Notes: generated from the letters alone by a model not told the origin. DNA of 47,427 nt from Candidatus Aenigmatarchaeota archaeon (GCA_043799385.1 JAZDNV010000009.1:1-47427); one strand, 5' to 3'. Counted from the stretch's first letter, positions 10,174 through 20,501 are shown. Translations and numbers: made by a program.

Positions 10174-11475
10174 ATGCTAAAGGAATTGTCAGCAAAACTG
10201 CGCGAAAGCCTTGAAAAAGTGGCAAAAGGCTTCGTAGACAAAGAAGCAGTCGAGGAATTGATAAAGGATATTCAACGCGCCCTGCTTGCCAGTGACGTTG
10301 ACGTACAATTAGTTTTTCAGTTAAGCGAAAGCGTTCGCGACCGCGCGAACGAGAAGATTCCATCTGGCATGACGAGGCGTGAGCATATCGTAAAGGTCGT
10401 CTACGAAGAGCTAACGAAAATTCTTGGCGAGAAAAAGAGTGTCGTGGAACTAAAGCCAAAAAAAATACTGCTCATCGGTTTATTTGGAAGCGGCAAAACG
10501 ACGTCTGCAGCGAAGCTGGCGCGATTTTATCAGCGTGCTGGATTGAAGCCATCGCTCGTCTGCTGTGATGTTGTCCGGCCAGCGGCATACGAACAATTGC
10601 AGCAACTGGCAAATAAAATAGACGTTCCGTTTTACGGCGAAAAAGGTAAGAAGAGTATTGATGTTTTGAAAAATGCATTGAGCAAGGTTCGCGGAGACGT
10701 ATTGATTGTCGATTCATCTGGCCGCAATGCGTTGGACGGTGATTTGATAGACGAGATAAAAAAACTGAATGAAATGCTGCAACCAGATGAACGAATACTT
10801 GTTATACCGGCAGACATAGGCCAGGCAGCGAAAGCGCAAGCTTCTGCATTTCATTCTGCTCTAGGCATTACCGATGTTATAGTAACCAAGATGGATGCAA
10901 CTGCCAAAGGTGGTGGCGCGCTTACTGCGTGCTATGAAACAGGCGCAAAGGTAAAATTCATCGCAGTCGGCGAGACGGTCGACGATTTGCAGGCATACGA
11001 CCCTGAGAAATTCGTCGCGCGGCTCATCGGATTTCCGGATTTCGAGACGCTGCTCGAGAAGGCGAAGTCCGCGTTGGATGAGAAGAAAGCGGAAAAAATC
11101 GTTAAGGGCGATTTCGATATAGAAGACTTTTATTCGCAGATAGAAGGGATGCAGAAGATGGGACCGCTGTCAGGAATATTGGACTCGATGGGACTTGGCA
11201 AATTCGCAGGAAAAATACCAGGTGGTGTTGACGCCCAGGGCGAGAAGATGAAGCGCTGGAAATTCGCAATGCAGTCAATGACTAGGGAAGAGAAGGCGAA
11301 TCCTGAACTAATCGACTCATCGCGAATAAAGAGAATAGCCAAAGGCTCTGGCCTTAAGGAGGAAGAAATACGAGAATTTTTATCGAACTACAACAAAATC
11401 AAGAAGATGATGAAAAAATTATCGCCTGAGAAATTGAAACGTTCTGGATTATTTAGGCAGTTCGGGATAAAGTGA
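10174..11475 (+). CDS. srp54: Signal recognition particle protein SRP54
   Basis: GLFGSGKTT, DSSGR and TKMD GTPase motifs; M-domain KMGPL...SMT.EE..NP...SRI.RIAKGSG. Confidence 0.96.
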   Translation: MLKELSAKLRESLEKVAKGFVDKEAVEELIKDIQRALLASDVDVQLVFQLSESVRDRANEKIPSGMTRREHIVKVVYEELTKILGEKKSVVELKPKKILLIGLFGSGKTTSAAKLARFYQRAGLKPSLVCCDVVRPAAYEQLQQLANKIDVPFYGEKGKKSIDVLKNALSKVRGDVLIVDSSGRNALDGDLIDEIKKLNEMLQPDERILVIPADIGQAAKAQASAFHSALGITDVIVTKMDATAKGGGALTACYETGAKVKFIAVGETVDDLQAYDPEKFVARLIGFPDFETLLEKAKSALDEKKAEKIVKGDFDIEDFYSQIEGMQKMGPLSGILDSMGLGKFAGKIPGGVDAQGEKMKRWKFAMQSMTREEKANPELIDSSRIKRIAKGSGLKEEEIREFLSNYNKIKKMMKKLSPEKLKRSGLFRQFGIK

Positions 11476-11479
11476 TTAA

Positions 11480-11884
11480 TCACTTAATCTTCATTTCGCT
11501 GGCACTGAATAATCGCTTCATAAACTTGTTGTAGAGCTTGATATTCTTGCCGGCTTTTCCGATTATTCGCGCACGTTCCGAGGATTTTACTCTTATCTCT
11601 ATAACGTTCTCTTTTTTAATAATTTCCGTCGTTTCCGGTATCATGTTTTTTATGAACTTGTCGATGTTTGGAGAATACTCGAAGATTTTTATGCTCTTCT
11701 TGAACAAGCGTTCTGCGTTCCTTATTTTTTCGCCGCCGCGACCGACGCAGAAACCGTACTGACCTTCTGCTACAATAAAGTATATTTCACTGCCCTCGTC
11801 AAGGCAGTCCATAACCGAAGAACCGGTCACATCCTCGAAAAATTTTATGTTCTGGATTGTTGTCGCATCAAGGATAAGTTTCAT
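11480..11884 (-). CDS. nusA: Archaeal NusA (KH domains)
   Basis: VGRGGEKI and IIGKAGKNI KH motifs; conserved position after L30e in the rpo operon. Confidence 0.9.
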   Translation of the reverse strand: MKLILDATTIQNIKFFEDVTGSSVMDCLDEGSEIYFIVAEGQYGFCVGRGGEKIRNAERLFKKSIKIFEYSPNIDKFIKNMIPETTEIIKKENVIEIRVKSSERARIIGKAGKNIKLYNKFMKRLFSASEMKIK

Positions 11885-11893
11885 ACCAATCGT

Positions 11894-12115
11894 TTATTCA
11901 TAGCCAATCATTGCAACAGGGAATGGTTTTCCGAGTTTCGTCCCCATGTCTTTCTGGTCGCCGTCGAAAATCTCCACGCCAACGCTGATTTTCTTTATCA
12001 AAAACTCCGGGCAGTTCTTTGCGACTATTACTTTAGTTACCTTGCCACTATTTATATTTTTGATTATCTCTCTCGTGCCTATTACAAATTTGCCCGCAGG
12101 AAGTTTCGTTAACAT
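11894..12115 (-). CDS. rpl30e: Ribosomal protein L30e (short form)
   Basis: GKFVIGTRE, VIVAKNCP and GTKLGKPFPV motifs; located between rpoA2 and nusA. Confidence 0.8.
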   Translation of the reverse strand: MLTKLPAGKFVIGTREIIKNINSGKVTKVIVAKNCPEFLIKKISVGVEIFDGDQKDMGTKLGKPFPVAMIGYE

Positions 12116-12217
12116 GACTTTATACTCTCTTGCTAAAATTTAAATATTCAATGATTATGAAATAAAAATGAAAATAAAATAAAAAAATCGTTCCTATACT
12201 CAAAGAATCAATATCAT

Positions 12218-12385
12218 CTAATATCTCTTCTTCTTCATATAGCATTCTTTGCAGTAAACTGGCTTGCCCTCTGTAGGCTTGAACGGAACTTCGCATTCCT
12301 TTCCGCACTCAGAGCAAGTTGCTTTATGCATTTCGCGTGGACCAAAATCTCTCTTGAATCCACCCCTGCTTTCGAAATCTCTCAT
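12218..12385 (-). CDS. CxxC-x17-CxxC zinc-ribbon microprotein (55 aa; not in ORF track)
   Basis: Translation MRDFESRGGFKRDFGPREMHKATCSECGKECEVPFKPTEGKPVYCKECYMKKKRY*. Confidence 0.9.
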   Translation of the reverse strand: MRDFESRGGFKRDFGPREMHKATCSECGKECEVPFKPTEGKPVYCKECYMKKKRY

Positions 12386-12536
12386 ATATGTTTCCTCTTT
12401 TTTTATATAACATAGAAGAAAATTCTCATTTTCTCACATGCTAGTATGATTTTATTAACCGTAGTGTTTATAAACGTTGGGGGTTTATAAGCTTTTGCTT
12501 TACTGCAATTGCAAAAAAATAGCCAAAAGATAGCAT

Positions 12537-13643
12537 TTACTTCTTTGACTTCAATTTCTCTATGTCCACGCCGAGCTCGACCATACCGGTACCAATGGGC
12601 ACTAATTGGCCGAGAAGGACGTTCTCGATGACGCCATCCAAGCTATCAGATTCGCCGTAGAACGAGGCGTTGATTAGATGCTTCTTCGTTTCCTCGAAGT
12701 TAGCCTTGGCGAGCACGCTTGCTTTTTTGCCCGAGATGCCATAGCGGCCAATGGCTTTTATCTCGCCGTCGAACGCCATCACGTCTGCGAGAAGCATTAT
12801 ATGCCTTTCATCCACGTCTAAGCCCTGCTCGTCCAACGTGTCTTTCGTTTCGAACATCACTACGTTCCTCGCAGCTTCGATTCCAAGCACTTCGCGGACC
12901 TGGTGAATATCATTGGTTCTTGTTCTCGCTATATCGACTTCCTTTATCTTCAGCACCTTTTTCAGGTTAGAGCCATTCGTGTGTATTACCCAGTCATCCT
13001 CTTCGCGAATGACTATCACGTTCTCTATGCCCTTTATGCCGTCGATGTGGAACTTCAGTATCTTGTTCCTTATCTTTCTCAGATTTTTCGTGTCGGTTTT
13101 TGCTGGCTTTATGAAAACCTTTTCTCCCTTTGTCGTTATCTCGCAGGTCTTCATGTACTTCATGACAACTTCCTTTATGCTGCTCTTGTAGTTTTCCCTC
13201 TCAAGCTCGAGCTCTATGCACATGTCGACCAAATCTATGGAATGGTATCTCACAACATCTTCTATTGACAATGACTTTATCTGGTTCGCGACATCCCTTG
13301 CCCTTTCCTTGTTGTTGTATTCGGGCTTCAGGTAGATTATCATGTTCTTCTCAAATGTCTCGCGCGCGTCGAATATCTCAATAAGCCTTGGTAATCCTTG
13401 CGTGACCTTGCTCAAGCGGTCACTCTGGGAAGCGAGCGTGTAGGAACGCATTGTCATCTGCGTAGCCGGTTCCGAAATTGATTGCGCAGCGATTATGCCT
13501 ATCGCTTCCCCGGGCTCGTAAACGTATTTCTCAATGAGTTTCTCCAACAACTTCAGCTTCTCTTCCTTTTCTTTTCCCTTTATGTCGTTCTTTTCGCAAA
13601 ACAATTCAAACTTTTCAATTATTTTTTTCTGTAACATATGCAA
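12537..13643 (-). CDS. rpoA2: DNA-directed RNA polymerase subunit A''
   Basis: [37 protein letters not shown] and SVLAKANFE motifs. Confidence 0.96.
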   Translation of the reverse strand: MHMLQKKIIEKFELFCEKNDIKGKEKEEKLKLLEKLIEKYVYEPGEAIGIIAAQSISEPATQMTMRSYTLASQSDRLSKVTQGLPRLIEIFDARETFEKNMIIYLKPEYNNKERARDVANQIKSLSIEDVVRYHSIDLVDMCIELELERENYKSSIKEVVMKYMKTCEITTKGEKVFIKPAKTDTKNLRKIRNKILKFHIDGIKGIENVIVIREEDDWVIHTNGSNLKKVLKIKEVDIARTRTNDIHQVREVLGIEAARNVVMFETKDTLDEQGLDVDERHIMLLADVMAFDGEIKAIGRYGISGKKASVLAKANFEETKKHLINASFYGESDSLDGVIENVLLGQLVPIGTGMVELGVDIEKLKSKK

Positions 13644-13646
13644 AAC

Positions 13647-16148
13647 CTATTTCAAAACCTTTTCTAATTTTACTTCTCCTGCATCGCTCTTCGCAGGATC
13701 GATTCCGTCTTCTCCGGCAATGAACTGCACTATCTTGCCCTTGCTATCGCGGACGGTTCCGTCATACTCTACGCGCAAATCCTGCAGCGCATTAACAAGA
13801 CGTCGTTCCATGTAACCGCTGTGACGAGTGTGCAAAGACTTGTCCATGAGATTCTCGCGCGAGTTCATGGCGTCAAAGAAAAACTCGAAAGGATCAAGGC
13901 TTTCTTTGTAGCCGTGCGAAACGAAGCCGTGCGGTTTCAAGCTCAAGTCTGATTTCTGGAAGTGTGACAGCGTTCTATTAATGTAACCGCGGTATATTCT
14001 CTGACCTTCCAAAGATTCCTGGCCGACAAAACCGCACATCTGCGTCAAGTTCACAAACGAACCGCGCGCGCCTGTCCTTGCCATCAATACAGACGCAGTC
14101 AAAGGTAAATCCTCTTTAACTATCTCGCTCACCCGGTTCGAAACGTCGCCGCCCATCTGCAGTATCCTGTTCTCCAGCGTTATGTCAGACGTTAATCCGC
14201 CGACCTTCTCTAATCTGCCTTGCCTGTATTCCTTTATCAATTTATTAACACTTTCGTCATACTCTTCGATTATTTTTGATATCTTCTTCTTTGCTTTTTC
14301 GCTCATATCTTCGTCGGCGAGCGAAATGCTGAACCCGCGGCGCGACACTACTTCCAGCGCTAATCTTGACACGCTGTCGATGAATTTTCTTGCAGCTTCT
14401 GGCCCGTACTTTCTCTCCATTATATCTATGAGTTTGCCTTTCTTCTCGCCAAGTGCATTATCATCTATCACGCCTTTCTTCAGTTTTCCGTCTTTAATCA
14501 CGACATATTCGTCGTACGGGCAGTCGCCTTTAACGCATTTACTGCATCCGCGGCATGAGGATGAGCGGAATTCGATATTGAGGTCGTCCGGCAGCAGCAT
14601 GGAGAATATCTCCTTTCCGCTGTATTCCCTTTTCTCGGCCTCAATTCCTATTATAAACAAAATTTCAGCTGACTCGCGCCTTGACAATTTATTTGATGTC
14701 GTCAGGAGATAGCAGCCGGTTATGTGGTCATGCTTGCATGCGATTATCGGCAGGCCGTAACGCGGCGAGCGGATATGATTCTCGACCTTCATCAACAATT
14801 CTGCCTCTATTTGCGCTTCTTCTGTCTGCGGTATGTGCAGGTTCATCTCGTCACCGTCGAAATCTGCATTGTATGGTATCGTGACCGGTAAATTTAATCT
14901 GAGCGTGCGATAAGGCATTATTTTTGCGACATGGGCCATCATTGACATGCGGTGCAGCGATGGCTGGCGATTCATCAATGTTATATCTCCGTCCATCAGG
15001 TGCCTTTCGACGATATAACCAATTGCAAGCTCATCGGCAATGACCTGCTTGTTCTCCTCTGTTATCTTTTTGCGTATTCCGTCCGAGCGCACAACGTAAT
15101 TTGCGCCAGGATAGCTCAACCCGTTCAAAACAATTTTTTTCAGCGATGCAATATTATTCTTGTTGACCTTTATCGGCAGCGTCAATTCTTTTGCAATTTC
15201 CATCGGTATTCCTACTTCTGAAATTGATATCATCGGGTCAGGGGATATGACCGTTCGCGCAGAGAAATTGACGCGCTTGCCGGCGAGATTTCCACGGAAT
15301 CGCCCCTCCTTCTTGCTCAATCGCTGGATTAGCGTCTTGAGCGGACGGCCGGAGCGATGGCGAGCCGGCGGCAATGTTGATATCTCATTGCTCATAAAAG
15401 TGGAAATATGATATTGCAGCAATTCCCATATATCGGCGATGATGAAATCAGGCGCGCCCAATTCAAGATTCTTCCTCAATCGCTCGTTTATTCTCACGAC
15501 GTCTACTAATTTGTGCGTCAGGTCGTCTTCGCTTCTCTCGCCTGTTTCCAGTGTTATCGACGGGCGAACCGTCACTGGCGGTACTGGAAGAATCGTGAGC
15601 ACGAACCATTCAGGACGACCGCCTTTTATTTTTAATAATGCGACATCCTCTTCTGTCATCTTTTCCAATCGCTGCCTGACTTCTTCGCTCGTTAATTCAA
15701 CGTTCGCTTCAACGTATGATGTCGGCTTCTGATAAGTTAGTTCCTTCTGCTTCTCGCCGCAGTGAGGACACGCCTTAACCTTTTTCTTGTACAATTCGAC
15801 AAGCGGGTTTCCTTTCATCTCCTTTATATCTTCAGGCGTTGCAAGCAGCCGCGAGCATTTTCTGCATAATGCGCGAAGCAGCATGAAAATCTTTTTTCCG
15901 TAGAGCGGGTGCACGACCGGCTTCGTTAATTCAAGATAGCCGAAATGGCCAAGGCACTGGCCAATAACGCCGCCACACGTTCGGCAGCGAAGACCTGGAT
16001 CAACAACGCCAAGATGAAGGTCGCATAACCCGTTGTCTATCGGGTATCCGTCCGGGTCATACAATTCGGCTCGCTCTATCTTAATCGCCGCCATCTCCTT
16101 TATCATCTTCGGCGACAGGAACCTGAATTCTATCGATTTTACTGACAT
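13647..16148 (-). CDS. rpoA1: DNA-directed RNA polymerase subunit A'
   Basis: Catalytic YNADFDGDEMN; GRFRGNLAGKRVNFSAR; CRTC/CLGH zinc site. Confidence 0.98.
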   Translation of the reverse strand: MSVKSIEFRFLSPKMIKEMAAIKIERAELYDPDGYPIDNGLCDLHLGVVDPGLRCRTCGGVIGQCLGHFGYLELTKPVVHPLYGKKIFMLLRALCRKCSRLLATPEDIKEMKGNPLVELYKKKVKACPHCGEKQKELTYQKPTSYVEANVELTSEEVRQRLEKMTEEDVALLKIKGGRPEWFVLTILPVPPVTVRPSITLETGERSEDDLTHKLVDVVRINERLRKNLELGAPDFIIADIWELLQYHISTFMSNEISTLPPARHRSGRPLKTLIQRLSKKEGRFRGNLAGKRVNFSARTVISPDPMISISEVGIPMEIAKELTLPIKVNKNNIASLKKIVLNGLSYPGANYVVRSDGIRKKITEENKQVIADELAIGYIVERHLMDGDITLMNRQPSLHRMSMMAHVAKIMPYRTLRLNLPVTIPYNADFDGDEMNLHIPQTEEAQIEAELLMKVENHIRSPRYGLPIIACKHDHITGCYLLTTSNKLSRRESAEILFIIGIEAEKREYSGKEIFSMLLPDDLNIEFRSSSCRGCSKCVKGDCPYDEYVVIKDGKLKKGVIDDNALGEKKGKLIDIMERKYGPEAARKFIDSVSRLALEVVSRRGFSISLADEDMSEKAKKKISKIIEEYDESVNKLIKEYRQGRLEKVGGLTSDITLENRILQMGGDVSNRVSEIVKEDLPLTASVLMARTGARGSFVNLTQMCGFVGQESLEGQRIYRGYINRTLSHFQKSDLSLKPHGFVSHGYKESLDPFEFFFDAMNSRENLMDKSLHTRHSGYMERRLVNALQDLRVEYDGTVRDSKGKIVQFIAGEDGIDPAKSDAGEVKLEKVLK

Positions 16149-16200
16149 GTTTACACCATTTTTTGAATACTTAATATTATTTTCAATATTATTTTCTGAT

Positions 16201-19200
16201 TTATCCGACGTTTATCTTTGGATATATTCCCAAGCATTTCAATTCGTCCAACATCAGGTTGAAAGCATAACTTATTTCCACGTCATTTATCTTGCTCTTC
16301 TTGCACACAGGGCAATACTTCCTTCCCTTTGCCTTGTCGTCTATTGCAATCAAGCCGCACTTGTCGCAGACAGGGAACGTATACTTATCGGACGAGAATC
16401 GCTCTTTCAGGAGCAATGCAGCTCCATGCGCAATCAAGCAATCCTTTTCCATTTCGCCGAGTCGCAGACCGCCTTGCTTTATTCTTCCGGCCGTCGGCTG
16501 CTTTGTCAGCAGCGTAACTGGGCCGCGCGCACGCGACTGTATCTTGTTCGCAATCATGTGGTGCAGCTTCTGATAATAACAAGGGCCAATGAGTATTCGC
16601 GCTTCATATGCTTTTCCTGTGACGCCATCGTACATCAATTCTTTGCCATCGTCACGAAAACCGAACTTCCTCAGTTCTTCTCTGATATTTTCTTCTGTAA
16701 CGCCGCTGAACACAGAGCCGTCGACGCGCACACCGCTCAATGACGATAGTTTTGATGCAACAATCTCGAGTAATTGCCCTACCGTCATTCTTGACGGGAT
16801 AGCATGCGGATTCAGAATTATGTCAGGGATTATTCCATCTGAAGTAAACGGCATATTTTCTTCTGGAACGATCAACGCAACGACTCCCTTCTGACCGTGA
16901 CGTGATGCAAATTTATCGCCAAGTTCGGGCATTCTCTCAGAACGCACGACGACTTTAATGAACTTGTTTCCTGATATTGTCTCGGTTATTATGATATTGT
17001 CTATTATTCCTTCTTCTCCGTATCTTATCGTCTCACTGGTCTCGCGGCGGCTGTCGGCTTCGACCATGAAGCCTTCAACTGGGCCGAAGAAACGAAGCGG
17101 CGATACTTTGCCTATCAGGACGTCGCCTGAGTTTATTGATATCTCCCTGTTTATTATTCCATCCTCTGCAAGATTCGCGTACGCCTCCTCGGTGCGATAT
17201 CCTGAAATGGATTTATCCGGTATTTTTATCTCATCCTTCTCGATTCCCCAGTATTTCTTTTCTTCCGTGGAATAAGTCCTGAAGAAATATGATCGGCCGA
17301 AACCGCGCTCTATTGACGCTTTGTTCATCACAACGCCGTCTTCCATGTTGTATCCCTTGAAGCTCATAATCGCCATCACTATGTTCTGGCCTTGCGGATG
17401 CTTTTTCATTCCAAGCTCTTCGCCGACAACCGTGTTCACGATCGGGACTTGCGGATACAGCAATACGTCTGATTTCGTTTCTGTTCTTGCCAGGAAATTG
17501 GCAGCGTAAACGCCAAGCGACTGGCCGCTCATCTTTGCACCGAAGTTGACACGGTCGCCACGATTATGCGTGGCAAAAGGCACTAATGATGCGGATAGAC
17601 CGAGAATCACTCCTGGATTTATTTCTAGATGAGTCGTCTCTTTTACTATATGGTCTGCATCGATTGCGACAAGGGAATTGTTTTCCTCTTCTGCATCCAG
17701 GTATTCAATTATGCCGTTCTTTACAAGATCCTCCCACTTCCATTCGTCCTTTTCCAATTTTTCAAAAGCGTCATCAGTCAATTTTGACTTTCCGTTTTCA
17801 ACAATTATCATTGGCCTTTGCAAACGTCCTGAATCTGTGTTTATGTAAATCTCTTCGAACTCAGGCGAATGTGATAATCCAATATTAGGGCTTATCTGGC
17901 ATGTCAATCTTTTCTTTTTTATCTTGTTTATAAATTCATCCGGAGCATTAGTGCTGCCTGCTATCATGCCGTCAAGGAATATTATGTATTTCTGCTCCTC
18001 GGCTGCCTTCGATTCTTTCTCTATCATGCTCATGATGAATTCCCTGTCCTTCCTGCTTGCTGTGACAGAGATGACAGAGAAAAGTGCGAGATATTTTCTT
18101 AGTCCTATGTTCACGCCCTCTGGCGTTTCCTCGCAGCATATGCGGCCCCAATGTGTCGCATGCAGGGCGCGCGCCTCGAAGTGCTCCTGCGATGCGGACA
18201 ACGGCGAGATAACGTTTCTGAGATGCGCGATTGTCCTTATCTGATTCGTTCTCTCCAATCTTTGGCAAACGCCTGTTCTGCCGCCAATCCACTGGCCGGT
18301 TGCCATGTGCGATATTATTCTTTTTGTCAGGTAATCACTTTCCACGATGGATTTTATCGCCGGCATCTTTCCCCTCTTAACTAATTTCTGATAAGAATAA
18401 ACGATCCTCGAAACCAAGCCGTATTTTCCCAATAGAATTGAACGGAACAACACTTCGAGAAAGTCGCCGACCATCTTCAATCGCTTGTTGCCGTAATGGT
18501 CGATGTCCTGTTCCTTTATCTGCTCTAAGCCGAGCTTCAGGACTTTTCTTATAACTTTCGCAAGGTATAGTGCTTTATCCTTCCTGAACTTTTTATCCTG
18601 ACCAATGTGCGGCAGCAGATATTTGTCCAGTATGTCATTTATTCGCTTGTCACGATACTCCTTTTGCGGTATCTTCAGTTTCTTTCCAATGTATTCTTTC
18701 GCTTCTTCTAATGTTTTGACATCATATTCATACAGGTTGAAGTACACCTCCTGCATCTCGTCCCTGTCTGCAGAAATCGCCTCTATCATTTCTTTGTCCG
18801 TCTCCAACCCCAGTGCACGGAACAGTATGACAACAGGCATCTTCTTCAGATTTGCGAACGATATCGTTATTATTCCGCCTTTTCTCTCTACGAGGTGGCG
18901 CTGCACGAATCCGGACGCTTCTGAATTTATTCTTGCCGTCTCGCTGTCCTTTTTCTTTTCTATGATAGGGCGATTGGACAAAACCTCTTCTACCATCACG
19001 ATTACTCGCTCGGTGCCATTGATTATGAAATACCCGCCGACGTCATCCGGGTCTTCGCCGCTGCTGACCAATTCCTCTTCGCTCATACCGTTCAGCGTGC
19101 ATTTCTTTGATTTGACCATTATCGGTAAATCACCAAGCTTTACCTCTTGCGGCTCCTGCTCAACGCCATTTATAATAGGCGTCATCTCAACGAATATCGG

Positions 19201-19509
19201 TGAGGAATAGGTTAAATCGCGAATTCGACATTCCATCGGCGTTATTCCACGTTTCTCCGGTCCTATGTTCACGCCGCCGTCTGCCTCCTTTATGCACGGT
19301 TTTGGTATGCGAACCTTTCCTATCTTTATCTTAAATTCTGCAATCTCGGGCGTCTCGAGCTCGATCTCGCTTATCTCGTCTACTATCTTCTGCACGCGGT
19401 ATTCAACGAATTCGTTGAACGATTCTATCTGATGGTCGACAAATCCGACAGAATTTTTGAATGAATTCAGAATCGTCTTGTATTTTTTCATATTTTCTTG
19501 CATTTCCAT
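16201..19509 (-). CDS. rpoB: DNA-directed RNA polymerase subunit B (unsplit)
   Basis: GYFIINGTERV, GDKFASRHGQKG, LNPHAIPSRMT and GGLRLGEME motifs; C-terminal zinc ribbon. Confidence 0.98.
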   Translation of the reverse strand: MEMQENMKKYKTILNSFKNSVGFVDHQIESFNEFVEYRVQKIVDEISEIELETPEIAEFKIKIGKVRIPKPCIKEADGGVNIGPEKRGITPMECRIRDLTYSSPIFVEMTPIINGVEQEPQEVKLGDLPIMVKSKKCTLNGMSEEELVSSGEDPDDVGGYFIINGTERVIVMVEEVLSNRPIIEKKKDSETARINSEASGFVQRHLVERKGGIITISFANLKKMPVVILFRALGLETDKEMIEAISADRDEMQEVYFNLYEYDVKTLEEAKEYIGKKLKIPQKEYRDKRINDILDKYLLPHIGQDKKFRKDKALYLAKVIRKVLKLGLEQIKEQDIDHYGNKRLKMVGDFLEVLFRSILLGKYGLVSRIVYSYQKLVKRGKMPAIKSIVESDYLTKRIISHMATGQWIGGRTGVCQRLERTNQIRTIAHLRNVISPLSASQEHFEARALHATHWGRICCEETPEGVNIGLRKYLALFSVISVTASRKDREFIMSMIEKESKAAEEQKYIIFLDGMIAGSTNAPDEFINKIKKKRLTCQISPNIGLSHSPEFEEIYINTDSGRLQRPMIIVENGKSKLTDDAFEKLEKDEWKWEDLVKNGIIEYLDAEEENNSLVAIDADHIVKETTHLEINPGVILGLSASLVPFATHNRGDRVNFGAKMSGQSLGVYAANFLARTETKSDVLLYPQVPIVNTVVGEELGMKKHPQGQNIVMAIMSFKGYNMEDGVVMNKASIERGFGRSYFFRTYSTEEKKYWGIEKDEIKIPDKSISGYRTEEAYANLAEDGIINREISINSGDVLIGKVSPLRFFGPVEGFMVEADSRRETSETIRYGEEGIIDNIIITETISGNKFIKVVVRSERMPELGDKFASRHGQKGVVALIVPEENMPFTSDGIIPDIILNPHAIPSRMTVGQLLEIVASKLSSLSGVRVDGSVFSGVTEENIREELRKFGFRDDGKELMYDGVTGKAYEARILIGPCYYQKLHHMIANKIQSRARGPVTLLTKQPTAGRIKQGGLRLGEMEKDCLIAHGAALLLKERFSSDKYTFPVCDKCGLIAIDDKAKGRKYCPVCKKSKINDVEISYAFNLMLDELKCLGIYPKINVG

Positions 19510-19530
19510 GTATTCACCATCGAATCAGAT

Positions 19531-19731
19531 TCAATCGAATCCTTCCATTCTTATATGAAGAGTATCGCCAACGAAATATGAATTACCAGCAATTCCAAGA
19601 TTTTTAAGCACCCTGCCTGCCACTTTCAATGAAAGGCTCTTGTCACCGCAAATGCCTAAACTGTAGTGCGAACGATTGCATGGAGATAACTCTTCTATTC
19701 CTGTTTTTATTTTTTCATACAATCCAAGCAT
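19531..19731 (-). CDS. Small hypothetical protein between rpoH and rpoB
   Basis: ORF fills the gap exactly; in-frame GTG overlaps the rpoH stop, ATG at 19731. Confidence 0.5.
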   Translation of the reverse strand: MLGLYEKIKTGIEELSPCNRSHYSLGICGDKSLSLKVAGRVLKNLGIAGNSYFVGDTLHIRMEGFD

Positions 19732-19736
19732 GATAA

Positions 19737-19979
19737 TCACACAACAACGCGATAATAATAATATTCTCCGACAGCGGGGTCATCTCTGGTGATTTTTATC
19801 ACATCCCCCTTCTTTGCGTTCAATCTTTTCACAACCGGGTCATCCTGGCTTATCTTTGGAAGCTGTTTTGTGGTGATGTTCAAATCCTTCAGAAAACCCG
19901 CCTTTTCATCCTCGGTGAGAACGTCATGCTTCGGCACCAGTTCGCTCTGAAAAATATCTATTATCTCTTCCTCTTCCAT
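19737..19979 (-). CDS. rpoH: RNA polymerase subunit H (Rpo5)
   Basis: LVPKHDVL, QLPKI..DDPV, GDVIKITR and YYRVV motifs; SD GGTGAG. Confidence 0.95.
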   Translation of the reverse strand: MEEEEIIDIFQSELVPKHDVLTEDEKAGFLKDLNITTKQLPKISQDDPVVKRLNAKKGDVIKITRDDPAVGEYYYYRVVV

Positions 19980-20004
19980 TCTCTCACCATCGATGAAATA
20001 ATTA

Positions 20005-20217
20005 TGGGCCCGACGGGATGTTCATGCAGCAAGCGTTGCTTACTCCATTTCGAACCCGCGACACCCGGCTAACCTTTTTCCGTCTTTGCGGAATTAAAAG
20101 GCCGATGCTCTTTCCTGTTTTCTCCTTCAGTCTTTCTTGATTAATCTTCGAATCCACATGGACGCCTTTGGCGTCATTTTGTTTACGAAGATTTATACCA
20201 GGCTGAGCTACAGGCCC
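20005..20217 (-). tRNA. tRNA-Lys(UUU) with three introns (D-loop 20112-20196, 37/38 20071-20094, 59/60 20019-20048)
   Basis: Spliced product GGGCCTGTAGCTCAGCCTGGT/AGAGCATCGGCCTTTTA/AGCCGGGTGTCGCGGGTTCGAA/TCCCGTCGGGCCCA folds as a 74-nt cloverleaf; each junction forms a strict or relaxed BHB. Confidence 0.9.
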
Positions 20218-20219
20218 AA

Positions 20220-20371
20220 CGCCCCGGTCGGGATGTTCTTCATTAAGGCATTACCTTAATAATTTTGAACCCGAGTCGCAGCCGAACTGTAACCTTTTCC
20301 GTCAACGCTTTTCGTTCGTGCCGAAACGGGTTGTGACAGGGCTGCATGCTAGGCCGCTACACCACCGGGGC
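20220..20371 (-). tRNA. tRNA-Asp(GUC) with two introns (37/38 20285-20333; 59/60 20234-20263)
   Basis: Spliced GCCCCGGTGGTGTAGCGGCCTAGCATGCAGCCCTGTCA/CGGCTGCGACTCGGGTTCAAA/TCCCGACCGGGGCG; canonical BHB with CTGT/ACAG and AACC/GGTT helices. Confidence 0.92.
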
Positions 20372-20374
20372 TTT

Positions 20375-20411
20375 CGTTTTTTTGATAAACCTTTTTTATA
20401 AAAAGGTTTAT
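20375..20411 (-). repeat. Family B hairpin element just upstream of tRNA-Asp
   Basis: Sense strand ATAAACCTTTTT-AT-AAAAAAGGTTTAT-CAAAAAAACG. Confidence 0.7.
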
Positions 20412-20501
20412 TCGTACGAGCATTATCTATTCTATTATCTCAATGCTATTCTCCAAAATATTTAAGAAATTTTGCATTGCACCACATGAACTATGATTCT
20501 A

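Noticed and set aside
12120..12308. 62-aa minus-strand ORF
   Set aside because: Off-frame shadow of the CxxC-x17-CxxC gene at 12218-12385.
12489..12535. Possible degenerate family A element after rpoA2
   Set aside because: The GCTTTTG/CAAAAG ends are imperfect and the internal two-hairpin layout is absent; it may just be a terminator region.
19240..19285. Short rpoB insertion (GVNIGPEK) as a palindrome-derived insert
   Set aside because: No inverted repeat in the DNA.
20112..20196. C/D-box guide RNA inside the long tRNA introns
   Set aside because: A CTGA occurs in the Lys intron but there is no proper RUGAUGA box C; the Cys intron has no CTGA.
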